In this document: one piece after another, positions 28,784 through 37,427 of the stretch
Numbering within the stretch: the first letter of the stretch is position 1
How the letters are laid out: every line of letters starts with the position of its first letter
DNA from: an uncultured Gemmatimonadaceae bacterium
Lineage (GTDB): Bacteria; Gemmatimonadota; Gemmatimonadetes; Gemmatimonadales; Gemmatimonadaceae
Length of the DNA stretch: 64,000 nt
Assembly (NCBI GenBank): GCA_963740355.1
Contig: CAVUDW010000002.1
Span: 1,600,001-1,664,000, forward strand
Direction of reading: 5' to 3'
Notes under the pieces: model-generated
The model's database searches: none
Told to the model about the DNA's origin: nothing
What the model saw: the letters and a program-made list of their open reading frames with translations, nothing else
Position numbers and translations under genes: made by a program

Positions 28784-30307
28784 ATGGTCACAAAATCAGC
28801 GGACTGCGGAGCTCGCCGGGCTCTTGTAGCGCGCCGATTGTCGGTTCTTCTGGCGGCCCTGCTTGCGGCGCTTCCGCATTCCGTGGCCAACGCGCAATCG
28901 CCGACCTCCCGCACCGGACAGGCTTCCGCGGTTACGGGCATCGTTTACGACAGCATCGCGCAACATCCGCTGGCGTCCGCACGCGTCGAACTGGTCAACG
29001 CGGACAACCCTGCCGCGCCTTCCAAGAGCATCGAGACCGATACGCTCGGCCGTTTTCGCTTCGATGATGTCGCACCGGGTCGGTACCTGATTGGATTCCT
29101 GCATCCGATCCTCGACTCGATCGGTGTCGAGCGCGCTCCACGTGCGTTGAAGGTCAATGGCAAGGAGCCGGCGATACGAATCGATCTCGCATTGCCGTCG
29201 CCGCAGTCGTTACGGACTGCCATCTGCGGCACCACCGCCGTCAAGGACTCGGCTTCACTGATCATCGGCGTGGTCCGCGACGCTGGCACTCGCGAGGCCG
29301 TACCGTCGTCGATCGTTGACGTGCGCTGGGCTGACTTCGTCCTCGGGTCTGGTGGGCTCAGGCGGAATACCGAGCACCGCACCTTCGTGACACAGGAGAC
29401 CGGCTGGTACTCACTCTGCGGCGCACCGGCCGGTGGCAGCATCGTGCTCTCGGCGTCGCATGATGCTGAGCGCACCGAGGCACTCGAACTCGAAATGCCA
29501 TCCGGTGGGTTCCTGCGCCGCGACCTCTACTTCGGTGTTGCGCACAGTGCCCAAGACGACAGCACCGTCGGTGGCAGGCCTGCGGTGGCCGACACTCTGA
29601 TTTCACCGGCAACGCCCCGTCGCACCGGTGATGGTCGCCTGAGTGGCGTCGTCGTGACAGCGGCAGGCGGGCGGACATTGCCTGGATCAAGCGTGACCAT
29701 CTCGAATGGCCCTCAGGCGCGCTCTGATGCGAACGGAGCCTTTTCCCTGAGCGGAATTCCGACCGGCACGCGGATGCTCGAGGTCCGGGCGGTGGGATAC
29801 TCTCCCTTGGTACTGCCCGTCGACGTCGTCGATGGCGCTCTGCCACTACGTCTCGCGCTGGTGTCGTTGAAGGCCGTCCTCGACACCGTGAAGGTGCGCG
29901 CGAATCTCCTCGGCAATCGTGACATGGAAGGCTTCGACAGGCGGCGCAAGCACTCCGGCGCGAACGGGCGCTTCATGACGACGGAGGATATCGCGCGGCG
30001 CAATCCGGTCGAGGCAGCTGACATCTTTCGATCGATGCCCGGCATCCTGATCGCACGGGACCCGGACTACAAGGAGATCTTGGCGCAGCGCAATTTCTTC
30101 ATCAATCTCTTCAACGGCGGTGGGCCATTCTGCCGTGTCTCGGTGTTCGTCAACGGCATTCGCCTGAATGATCCGACCGTCGACGCGCTCAACGGCTACC
30201 TCCGTGTGAACACGCTGCTTGGCATCGAGGTTTATTCGGGCGCCACCGCACCGCCTGAGTTCTCGAAGCGAGACGGGTGTGGGAGCGTCGTGATCTGGAC
30301 GAAGTGA
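28784..30307 (+). CDS. Exported protein with carboxypeptidase-regulatory-like domains and a C-terminal TonB plug-like domain (no barrel)
   Basis: VTGIVYDS..PLASARV, LSGVVVT..GSSVTI..SDANGAF..AVGY; C-terminal TTEDI..ADIFRSMPGI..VFVNG..IEVY..CGSVVIWTK then stop. Confidence 0.75.
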   Translation: MVTKSADCGARRALVARRLSVLLAALLAALPHSVANAQSPTSRTGQASAVTGIVYDSIAQHPLASARVELVNADNPAAPSKSIETDTLGRFRFDDVAPGRYLIGFLHPILDSIGVERAPRALKVNGKEPAIRIDLALPSPQSLRTAICGTTAVKDSASLIIGVVRDAGTREAVPSSIVDVRWADFVLGSGGLRRNTEHRTFVTQETGWYSLCGAPAGGSIVLSASHDAERTEALELEMPSGGFLRRDLYFGVAHSAQDDSTVGGRPAVADTLISPATPRRTGDGRLSGVVVTAAGGRTLPGSSVTISNGPQARSDANGAFSLSGIPTGTRMLEVRAVGYSPLVLPVDVVDGALPLRLALVSLKAVLDTVKVRANLLGNRDMEGFDRRRKHSGANGRFMTTEDIARRNPVEAADIFRSMPGILIARDPDYKEILAQRNFFINLFNGGGPFCRVSVFVNGIRLNDPTVDALNGYLRVNTLLGIEVYSGATAPPEFSKRDGCGSVVIWTK

Positions 30308-30321
30308 GCGGGCATTGCGCG

Positions 30322-30489
30322 TAATCCGGGGGCAATCCGGTGACAGGGGGCAATCCGGTGACAGTGCACTCAATTCGGGTGCAATCCTTTGGGTGCAATC
30401 CGGTGACAGTGCACTCAATTCTTTGAATTGAGTGCACTGTCACCGGATTGCTGTCACCGGATTGCGTGAGTGCACTGTCACCGGATTGC
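30322..30489. repeat. REPIN-like cluster 1
   Basis: Perfect 27-bp stem 30395-30451 GCAATCCGGTGACAGTGCACTCAATTC-TTT-reverse complement, with forward partial copies on the left and reverse partial copies on the right. Confidence 0.9.
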
Positions 30490-30623
30490 CGGGCGGTGCG
30501 GCGCCTGCGAGCCGCGGCAGGGCCGCCGCCGCCCTACGAGGGAACCGATTCTCAACGCGGCCGCCCATCCCGTGCGTAGCAGTCCACTTGCCCGGTCCTT
30601 TCCACCTTCGACCGTCTCCGCCC

Positions 30624-32702
30624 ATGCTGCGCCTCCCACGCACGGTTCTGCTCACCACCCTCACGCTGGCGGCGGCGTCGCTGCCGGCGCAGTCACGCGG
30701 CCTGAGCGACGCCGATCTCCTCCGCATGCAGGCCGTTGGCGGTGTCGCGATCGCTCCGGCTGGGGATCGCATCCTCTATACGGTCACCGCCTGGGAGCAC
30801 CCGAACGCCAAGGCTGATACGGTGCTCGGCGACAAGCATGACCGGCGCTCGCACGTCTGGATCGTGCCGTTTGCCGGTGGCACACCACGACAGCTGACCT
30901 TCGGCGAGCGCGGTGAGACGCAGCCGGCATGGTCGCCAGACGGCCGGACGATCGCCTTCGTGTCGGCGCGCGGCGCGGGCACTGGCGACGAAGCGCCGAA
31001 GCCGCAGGTCTGGATGCTGCCGGCTGATGGCGGCGAGGCGCGGCAGGTCACCACGCTGCGCGACGGCGTGGTGGCGTTTGCCTGGTCGCCCGATGCGAGC
31101 CGCATTGCCGTCGTCACTCCGGACACTCTCTCGCGTGAGCAGGAAGCGCGCACCCGCCGCCGCGACGACGCCAAGGTGTACGAGAGCGACTTCCGCCTCA
31201 ACCAGCTCTGGGTGGTCACCGTTGCGTCCGGTGCCGCGACCAAGGTGACGTCCGGCGCCTTCACCGTGCGTGGTGCACCGTCCTGGTCACCAGACGGCAC
31301 ACGCCTCGCATTCGACGCGTCGCCGACACCGATGATCCGTGATGAGCGCCGTGATGCCTACGTGGTCGATGTTGCGTCGCGGCGCCTCGATCCCGTGACG
31401 ACCGGCCACGATGCGCAGAGCACGCCGCAATTCTCACCGGACGGCAAGACGCTCGTCTTCACGTCGCTCCCCAGTGAGTTCAAGGCACACGGCGACAGCA
31501 TCAGCGCGCGCACTTTGCGCAACGATCGGCTGGTGACGTACGACCTCGCCACGCGCACCCTCACCAATCATGCACAGCCGACATTCGACGTCAGCGTCGG
31601 ACAGCCGCGGTGGTCGGCGGACGGCTCCTCGATCTGGTTTTCGTCCAGTGATCGCGTCTACAACACGATCTACAGCTACACGATCGCGACCAAGCGCTAC
31701 GCCGCGACGACGAAGGACCTGATGGTGCAGGGAATGAGCGCCAGTCGTGACGGATCGAAGATGGCGTTCGTGATCGACTCGCCGAGCTGGCCGAGCGAGG
31801 TGTATGTGCAGGACGCGTCGTTGCCGCAGCCGAAGCGGATCACGACCACCAACGCATGGCTGAGCGAGCGTTCCCTTGGCGAGACGCGCCTGATCTCGTG
31901 GAAGTCGAGCGACGGCAAGCCGGTGGAAGGCATCCTGCTGCTGCCGGTTGGTTATCGCGAAGGGACGCGGGTGCCGACGATCGTGTCGGCGCATGGTGGC
32001 CCCACCGCCGCGTGGACGAACGGCTTCAAGGGCGGCACCGGCGCGCCGGGACAGACGTGGGCAGCGCGCGGGTGGGCCGTGCTGTACCCGAACCCGCGCG
32101 GCTCGACAGGCTACGGTGAATGGTGGATGCGCGCCAACACCGGCGACTGGGGCGGCGGCGACTATCGCGACATCATGACCGGCACCGACGAAGTGGTGCG
32201 GCTGGGCATTGCAGATCCGGAGAAGTTGGCATTCGAGGGGTGGAGCTACGGCGGCTACATGACGTCGTGGGTTGTGTCGCAGACGACGCGCTTCAAGGCC
32301 GCGATGATGGGTGCTGGGTTGCCGTCACTGCTCTCGATGGCCGGCACCACCGACATCCCCGGCTACATCAACACCTTCTTCGGCGACCCGCAGTACGATG
32401 GTTCGATCATCAATCCGAACATCAAGAAGTACCTCGAGCGCTCGGCCATCAGCTACACGAGCCGCATCACTACGCCGCTACTGATCCTGCACGGCGGCAA
32501 TGACGAGCGCGTGCCGATCGGCCAGCCGATGGAGTTCTATCGGGCACTGAAGGATCGGGGCAAGGCGGTGGAGCTGGTCTTCTATCCGCGCGAGGGCCAT
32601 GGCCTGTCCGAGTACTACCACCAGGTCGATCGCATGAAGCGTGAGTACGAGTGGATCGCGCAGCACACCCTCGGCGCGCCACGGGCGACGGTGCAGCCGT
32701 AG
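30624..32702 (+). CDS. S9 family (prolyl oligopeptidase / acylaminoacyl peptidase-like) exported peptidase
   Basis: PD40-like WSPDG repeats; HGGP, NPRGSTGYG, GWSYGG, HGGNDERVP, EGHG triad motifs. Confidence 0.95.
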   Translation: MLRLPRTVLLTTLTLAAASLPAQSRGLSDADLLRMQAVGGVAIAPAGDRILYTVTAWEHPNAKADTVLGDKHDRRSHVWIVPFAGGTPRQLTFGERGETQPAWSPDGRTIAFVSARGAGTGDEAPKPQVWMLPADGGEARQVTTLRDGVVAFAWSPDASRIAVVTPDTLSREQEARTRRRDDAKVYESDFRLNQLWVVTVASGAATKVTSGAFTVRGAPSWSPDGTRLAFDASPTPMIRDERRDAYVVDVASRRLDPVTTGHDAQSTPQFSPDGKTLVFTSLPSEFKAHGDSISARTLRNDRLVTYDLATRTLTNHAQPTFDVSVGQPRWSADGSSIWFSSSDRVYNTIYSYTIATKRYAATTKDLMVQGMSASRDGSKMAFVIDSPSWPSEVYVQDASLPQPKRITTTNAWLSERSLGETRLISWKSSDGKPVEGILLLPVGYREGTRVPTIVSAHGGPTAAWTNGFKGGTGAPGQTWAARGWAVLYPNPRGSTGYGEWWMRANTGDWGGGDYRDIMTGTDEVVRLGIADPEKLAFEGWSYGGYMTSWVVSQTTRFKAAMMGAGLPSLLSMAGTTDIPGYINTFFGDPQYDGSIINPNIKKYLERSAISYTSRITTPLLILHGGNDERVPIGQPMEFYRALKDRGKAVELVFYPREGHGLSEYYHQVDRMKREYEWIAQHTLGAPRATVQP

Positions 32703-32738
32703 CACTCCATTCGGGCGGAAGTTCATTACGCACCAACG

Positions 32739-33848
32739 TCACCGCGTGTCGAGAAACGGCTGATCGATCTCGTTCATCACGCGGTGCACGTTGATGCCAG
32801 TCGCATTGGTCAACACGGCGGCGCCAAACCCGGCGTCGGGATAGAGCCGCATCAGGCCGTGAAAACCACCGCCTCCCCCTTCCTTGTAGAGCACGCGCTG
32901 GCCCGCGACCTGCGCAACGTGCCAGGCGAGCGTCATCGGCACGAGCGACCCGTTGCTCACGCGCTGCTGCTCGCATAGCAACCGACAGCCGTCCGGCGTC
33001 AGCAACACCGATGCCGGGCGCAGCTGGTCCTGCAGAAACGCCGCGACGCCGCGCAGAGAGCCAACGATGCCGCCGAATGCGTTGCCGTCGACATGGTGAT
33101 CGCGGATGTTAACCCAGCCGCCCGTAGTGTCGCCGATCAACGTGCGGTCGATGACGAAGGACTTGCACAGGTTCAGGAACGACCATCGCTCGAGGTAGCC
33201 GCGCGCGTGCCTTCCGGCGTCCGGGATGGCATATCCGAGGGCCGATGCGGGCGGCCCAAGGCGGTTGAAGACGTGCACGCGCATGTATTCAGCAAAGGTT
33301 TCTGTGCGCACTCGTTCCACGAGACGACCGAGTAGCCAGTATCCGATGTTCGAGTATGCATATCGGCGACCAGGCCGGTCCGATTGGGCGGAGTGCTTCG
33401 CGAGGATCTTTTCCAGCGCTGCACTGTCGTCGAAACCTGGATGCCTGGCCGCCGCGTGCACCCATCGCAGTGGAAGGGGATTCGGGATGCCGGCCGTGTG
33501 AGAGAGCACCTGCCGAATCGTGATGGCGCGATCGTACGGCCAGGGCGAGATGTATCGTGCCATCGACTCGTCGACCTGCACCGCGCCTGACTCTACTAGC
33601 TGCAGCACCGCCACCGCGGTGAATGTCTTCGACATCGAATACGTCATCAGCGTCGTCTCCATGTCCATCGGTCGCTGCCGACCGATGTCGGCCCACCCGG
33701 CGGCATGTTCGAAGAGCACGCGGTCCGCCGTCACGACGATGTACTGCAGACCCGGCGCTCTCCCTGCCGAGCACAGGTCGTCGAGCTGCTGCGCGAGACG
33801 CCGGTGCAGGGCAGGCGAGATATCGTCGGTGGCTGGTGTCATCGACAC
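32739..33848 (-). CDS. Serine hydrolase, beta-lactamase-related family
   Basis: SMSK (SxxK), LSHTAG, YSNIGY..LG; no signal peptide. Confidence 0.9.
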   Translation of the reverse strand: MSMTPATDDISPALHRRLAQQLDDLCSAGRAPGLQYIVVTADRVLFEHAAGWADIGRQRPMDMETTLMTYSMSKTFTAVAVLQLVESGAVQVDESMARYISPWPYDRAITIRQVLSHTAGIPNPLPLRWVHAAARHPGFDDSAALEKILAKHSAQSDRPGRRYAYSNIGYWLLGRLVERVRTETFAEYMRVHVFNRLGPPASALGYAIPDAGRHARGYLERWSFLNLCKSFVIDRTLIGDTTGGWVNIRDHHVDGNAFGGIVGSLRGVAAFLQDQLRPASVLLTPDGCRLLCEQQRVSNGSLVPMTLAWHVAQVAGQRVLYKEGGGGGFHGLMRLYPDAGFGAAVLTNATGINVHRVMNEIDQPFLDTR

Positions 33849-33854
33849 GACACG

Positions 33855-34328
33855 TCAGGCAGGCGCACCGCTGAGCACGCGGATGCCGTGACGAGCGCAC
33901 GCGTCCAGCAACGCGGCGATCTCCTCGTCCGAAGGCGGGTTTGCAGGAGGCGGTTCGTGGCGCCCGACATCGCGGAAGAAGTCACGCATTGCTCTCTCCA
34001 CGACGACCAGCATGCGGGCGGTGGTGCTTCCCGCGTTGCGGTAGTTGTGCGGCATCTCCGATGGCACGGTCACGACGGCTCCGGGGCCGACGACAGTTTC
34101 ACTGGCGCCCTCGTCACCGAATTGACCGAAGGTGATCTCACCGGCCACGACATGGAAGATTTCCGGTGATGTGTGCACGTGGGGCGGCGTTCCAGAGCCG
34201 CTCGGCACCTCCACGTCGAGAACGGCGAGATCGGTACCATCGAGCTCGCCCATGAAACGAACGCGGTCGCGTACGACCCAGACTGCCTCGGCGTCTGCCG
34301 CGCGAGTGATGTGCATGGTGCTTGGCAT
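33855..34328 (-). CDS. Cupin domain protein
   Basis: PPHVHTSPEIFHVVAG and GAVVTVPSEMPHNYRN cupin motifs; ends 6 nt before the serine hydrolase start. Confidence 0.9.
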   Translation of the reverse strand: MPSTMHITRAADAEAVWVVRDRVRFMGELDGTDLAVLDVEVPSGSGTPPHVHTSPEIFHVVAGEITFGQFGDEGASETVVGPGAVVTVPSEMPHNYRNAGSTTARMLVVVERAMRDFFRDVGRHEPPPANPPSDEEIAALLDACARHGIRVLSGAPA

Positions 34329-34615
34329 GTTAATCCCCCGACGACGTGTCGGACTGCGAGATGTTGGAGTGGTGCCTCGATCGGCGCGTGAGATGTGCAC
34401 ACGGTGTCGGTGCGGGCACTTATCACCCACGACGACACGCGCTCGGATCGAGACACGTTTGGCGGCGGGATGATTGCTTGTCCCGAACAGTGGCACGGCG
34501 TGCGGATCGCGAAAATAGGTTGAACGACCCATCTCACGTTCGACGATTGCATCCGGCCGGGCTGGCGCGCATTCCTCAGCTCGCGTTTTCCTTCGCGACG
34601 GAGGGCGACGACCTG

Positions 34616-36652
34616 CTACAGCGGCATGACCGCACGCTCCGGCGCACTGATCTCGACCATCAGTAGCGCCATCTCGAGCGCAGACACCCGCCGTGGCGCA
34701 CTCGTTGCTGCCGCTACCACCACGCGCCGCGCATCGGCGACCCATCGAAGGTCGCCAGTCAGCTGGTGACGCCGCAGCAACGCAAAAACACGAGGAAGCG
34801 GATTTCTCGGGAGACGCGCAGCCAATGCCGATCGCCTGAATTGCTCGTCGCCATACATGTCGTACGCGGTGGCCCAGAGCCACACGTCGCCCGCGCGATT
34901 CTCGCGCAGGGCCTCGATTCGCGCGACCAGGTCATCCCGCACTGCGACGGTGCCGCTGACGGCAAGCGTCAATGCGACTCGCACGAGCGTCGCTTCTGTC
35001 GAGCGAACGGCGTCGTAGCGTGCGGCTGATGCGTGCAGCAGGTGGTCGAGACGTTGCTCTGCCCACGATGCCAGCTCCAGGATGTTTGATGCCCGCGACG
35101 CGTCGCCGTGGAGCAGCCGCGCGGCCGCGAGAAGCGCCACGGCCGCTTCGGGGCCGTCACGGAGCTTGTCTGCCGTCGTCATGAGGCGGGTGATGGCGAG
35201 TGTCTCTGCACGCACATCCGATCGCGCACGCGCAACCTGCACCGCAGTCGCAAGACTCCGCCAGCCCCGCTGTGCGCCAGCGATCAGGATGTCGGCAGCC
35301 GCCAGAAGCTCGGCGTCCTCGAGCGCCACAGCGGCGCGAAGCGCGAACCATGCCTGGGCGGCCGGATCAGTGTTTCGTGCCAGCGCGCGCACGTCAGCGA
35401 CGCTCTCGTCGAACGCACGTTGTGTTGCGGGTGGCCAGGGCGTACTCGTGTCCGTCGGCAGGACGGCCGACGAGAACGCCTCCGCCATCACCGAGACATC
35501 CAGGAATCGGTGCGCTGGCTCCTTGCTCAGTGCGCGTCTGAGAACGGCCTCGCCGGTTGGCCAAGCCGGGATCCCGCGCGCGGCGAAGGGCAGCATGGGC
35601 CGACAGACGATGTTCCTCAACAACTCATCGTGGATGGCGGGCGCGTTGATGGGAGGCAATCCCGTCAGCAACAGGTAGCCGAGCACTGCGATCGCGTACT
35701 GCTCCGATTTCGGCGTGGCTGCAGGAGGCAGTTCGCCAGCCAGCAATGCAGCGGCCATCTGCGGATCGTGGAACTGTGGAATGCCCGAACGCAGGGGATC
35801 GACCACGTCGTGTGCCGCAGTCGACCTCGCATTCCCGAAATCCAGCAGCACGACGCGACCATCGTCGCGCACGAGACAGTTGCCCGGATGGATGTCACCA
35901 TGCAGCACGCCCATGTGATGCAGTCGACCGTAGGCAGCGAACAGGTCGCTCACGATCTTCTGCAATCGGCGTGGGTCGCGCGCCGCACGTGCCTGTTGTG
36001 CTGCCGTGGCGATGGAGACGCCGTCACACCACTCCATGGCCACATACACCCGCCCATTCACCGATCCGTGATGCAGCAGACGCGGGCTGTCGTCGCCGCC
36101 GAGGCGGTCGAGCACACGCGCCTCGTGCGCCATCATGGCGATGATGCCGGGCCGATCATCGCGCGCGATCTTCAGCGCTACCGACACCGCGTCGGGACCG
36201 CGCGCCCGATAGACCTCCGAATCCTCGAGCGAGCGGATCAGCGCCTCGATCTCGAACCCGTCGAACTCCTGACCGGCAGCGAGGCTTGGCGCGGTGGCGT
36301 TCGCGTCAGGCGATCCGGCGGGCACGAGGATCCGTGTCTCGACGAGCGTCGCAATGGCATCGAACGCCAGCTCCAGCATTTCGTTGGGTTCCTGATCGTG
36401 CGCACGCGAAAATCGAAGGACGGCGTCAGTGATCAGACTGGGTGCGCGAAACTCACCGATCAGATCGGCGAGTGGACCCGGCACGAGCCGTGTCGTCACC
36501 CGAAAGCCCGGACGGGTGATGACGGCCTGCCCGACATCCACTGGGCCGATCCGCGTGCGCAGTCGACCCGATAGTTCCGATACCGCCAGAAACCTCGCAT
36601 CTGGCGGCAGGATGAAGCGTGTCGTGGCGACGTCTGGTGGCGCATTCGTCAT
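34616..36652 (-). CDS. RRE-like domain + Ser/Thr protein kinase + degenerate LanC-like helical domain
   Basis: Kinase motifs VALK, HEARVL, HGDIHPGN, LLDFG; PqqD-like N-terminus ending ATLVETRILVP; C-terminal FALLRRHQLTGDLRWVADARR resembles LanC helices; ATGA overlap with the upstream gene. Confidence 0.75.
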   Translation of the reverse strand: MTNAPPDVATTRFILPPDARFLAVSELSGRLRTRIGPVDVGQAVITRPGFRVTTRLVPGPLADLIGEFRAPSLITDAVLRFSRAHDQEPNEMLELAFDAIATLVETRILVPAGSPDANATAPSLAAGQEFDGFEIEALIRSLEDSEVYRARGPDAVSVALKIARDDRPGIIAMMAHEARVLDRLGGDDSPRLLHHGSVNGRVYVAMEWCDGVSIATAAQQARAARDPRRLQKIVSDLFAAYGRLHHMGVLHGDIHPGNCLVRDDGRVVLLDFGNARSTAAHDVVDPLRSGIPQFHDPQMAAALLAGELPPAATPKSEQYAIAVLGYLLLTGLPPINAPAIHDELLRNIVCRPMLPFAARGIPAWPTGEAVLRRALSKEPAHRFLDVSVMAEAFSSAVLPTDTSTPWPPATQRAFDESVADVRALARNTDPAAQAWFALRAAVALEDAELLAAADILIAGAQRGWRSLATAVQVARARSDVRAETLAITRLMTTADKLRDGPEAAVALLAAARLLHGDASRASNILELASWAEQRLDHLLHASAARYDAVRSTEATLVRVALTLAVSGTVAVRDDLVARIEALRENRAGDVWLWATAYDMYGDEQFRRSALAARLPRNPLPRVFALLRRHQLTGDLRWVADARRVVVAAATSAPRRVSALEMALLMVEISAPERAVMPL

Positions 36653-37407
36653 GCGAGACACCCCTCCACGAATGCGTCGGGGTTCGCGTGCCAACGCACC
36701 GGATCGACACCCATCGCGCGCATGTCGGCGAGCACGGCGTTGGCGACATTACCCAACGGTGATGCGCGGTGCGTGGTGAGGCTGGCCGCGAGGCGCTTCG
36801 TGATCCATGATCGCCAGCTGACAGGTGTTTCGCTGGCGGGTGGATCGACGCCAGCGGAGAGGAGCCCGTTGCCGGCCAGCCCGGTGGTGAAGGGCACGCC
36901 TTGCGCGGGGCATCCCAGCAGCACTCGATCGAGCTCACGTGCAACCGTGTCGAGGTGGTCGTGCCCATCGAAGTAGGCGACGAGTTTGTCTGGGCGCAGC
37001 AAGCCTTCGATGCCGCGTCCCACCTTGAACGATCGCACGTTGCTTCGTGCGAGCACGTCTACGATGCGCGGAAACGCCTCCGCGAGTGCCTCCGGCCTCG
37101 GACTGACGTAGAGCTTGCAGGCCGGCTCGAACTGTAGCTGCAGCGGTAGTCGCGCGAAGGAATACCAGCCAGCGAATGAGGTGGCTTCGTACTCTGCCTC
37201 GAGTCTACGTCGTGCGGCGCCGCCGACAGTCAGGCCGAGCACGGCCATCGGGTCGTCGTCAGGCCCGAAGTCGCGCTCAATGGCTGGACCGCGCGGCAAC
37301 GTGCCGAATCGGTACAGCCACTGGGCGACGACGCCTGAATCCATCGACGGCACGCTGGCTGCCATTCGAAGCGCAGCCAGCGACAGCTGCTCGATACGCT
37401 CAGGCAT
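36649..37407 (-). CDS. HopA1/LanY-like putative phosphoSer/Thr lyase
   Basis: CKLYVSP, SFKVG, RPDKLVAYF, VPFT..G, SWRSWI..RLA resemble the HopA1-type / lanthipeptide lyase motif order. Confidence 0.6.
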   Translation of the reverse strand: MPERIEQLSLAALRMAASVPSMDSGVVAQWLYRFGTLPRGPAIERDFGPDDDPMAVLGLTVGGAARRRLEAEYEATSFAGWYSFARLPLQLQFEPACKLYVSPRPEALAEAFPRIVDVLARSNVRSFKVGRGIEGLLRPDKLVAYFDGHDHLDTVARELDRVLLGCPAQGVPFTTGLAGNGLLSAGVDPPASETPVSWRSWITKRLAASLTTHRASPLGNVANAVLADMRAMGVDPVRWHANPDAFVEGCLA

Positions 37408-37427
37408 GCGGCATCTCGGTAAAGGCG

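Noticed and set aside
30322..30489. CRISPR array interpretation of the repeated 18-27-mers
   Set aside because: Copies are inverted and truncated, there are no unique spacers of regular length, no cas genes are present, and the clusters are dispersed
30432..30623. N-terminal extensions such as MHCHRIAVTG, MSALSPDC and MTVHS on several ORFs
   Set aside because: These are translations of the palindromic repeats; true starts lie downstream
32739..33848. Calling the serine hydrolase a beta-lactam resistance gene
   Set aside because: No signal peptide and only family-level motifs; most such proteins are esterases or peptidases
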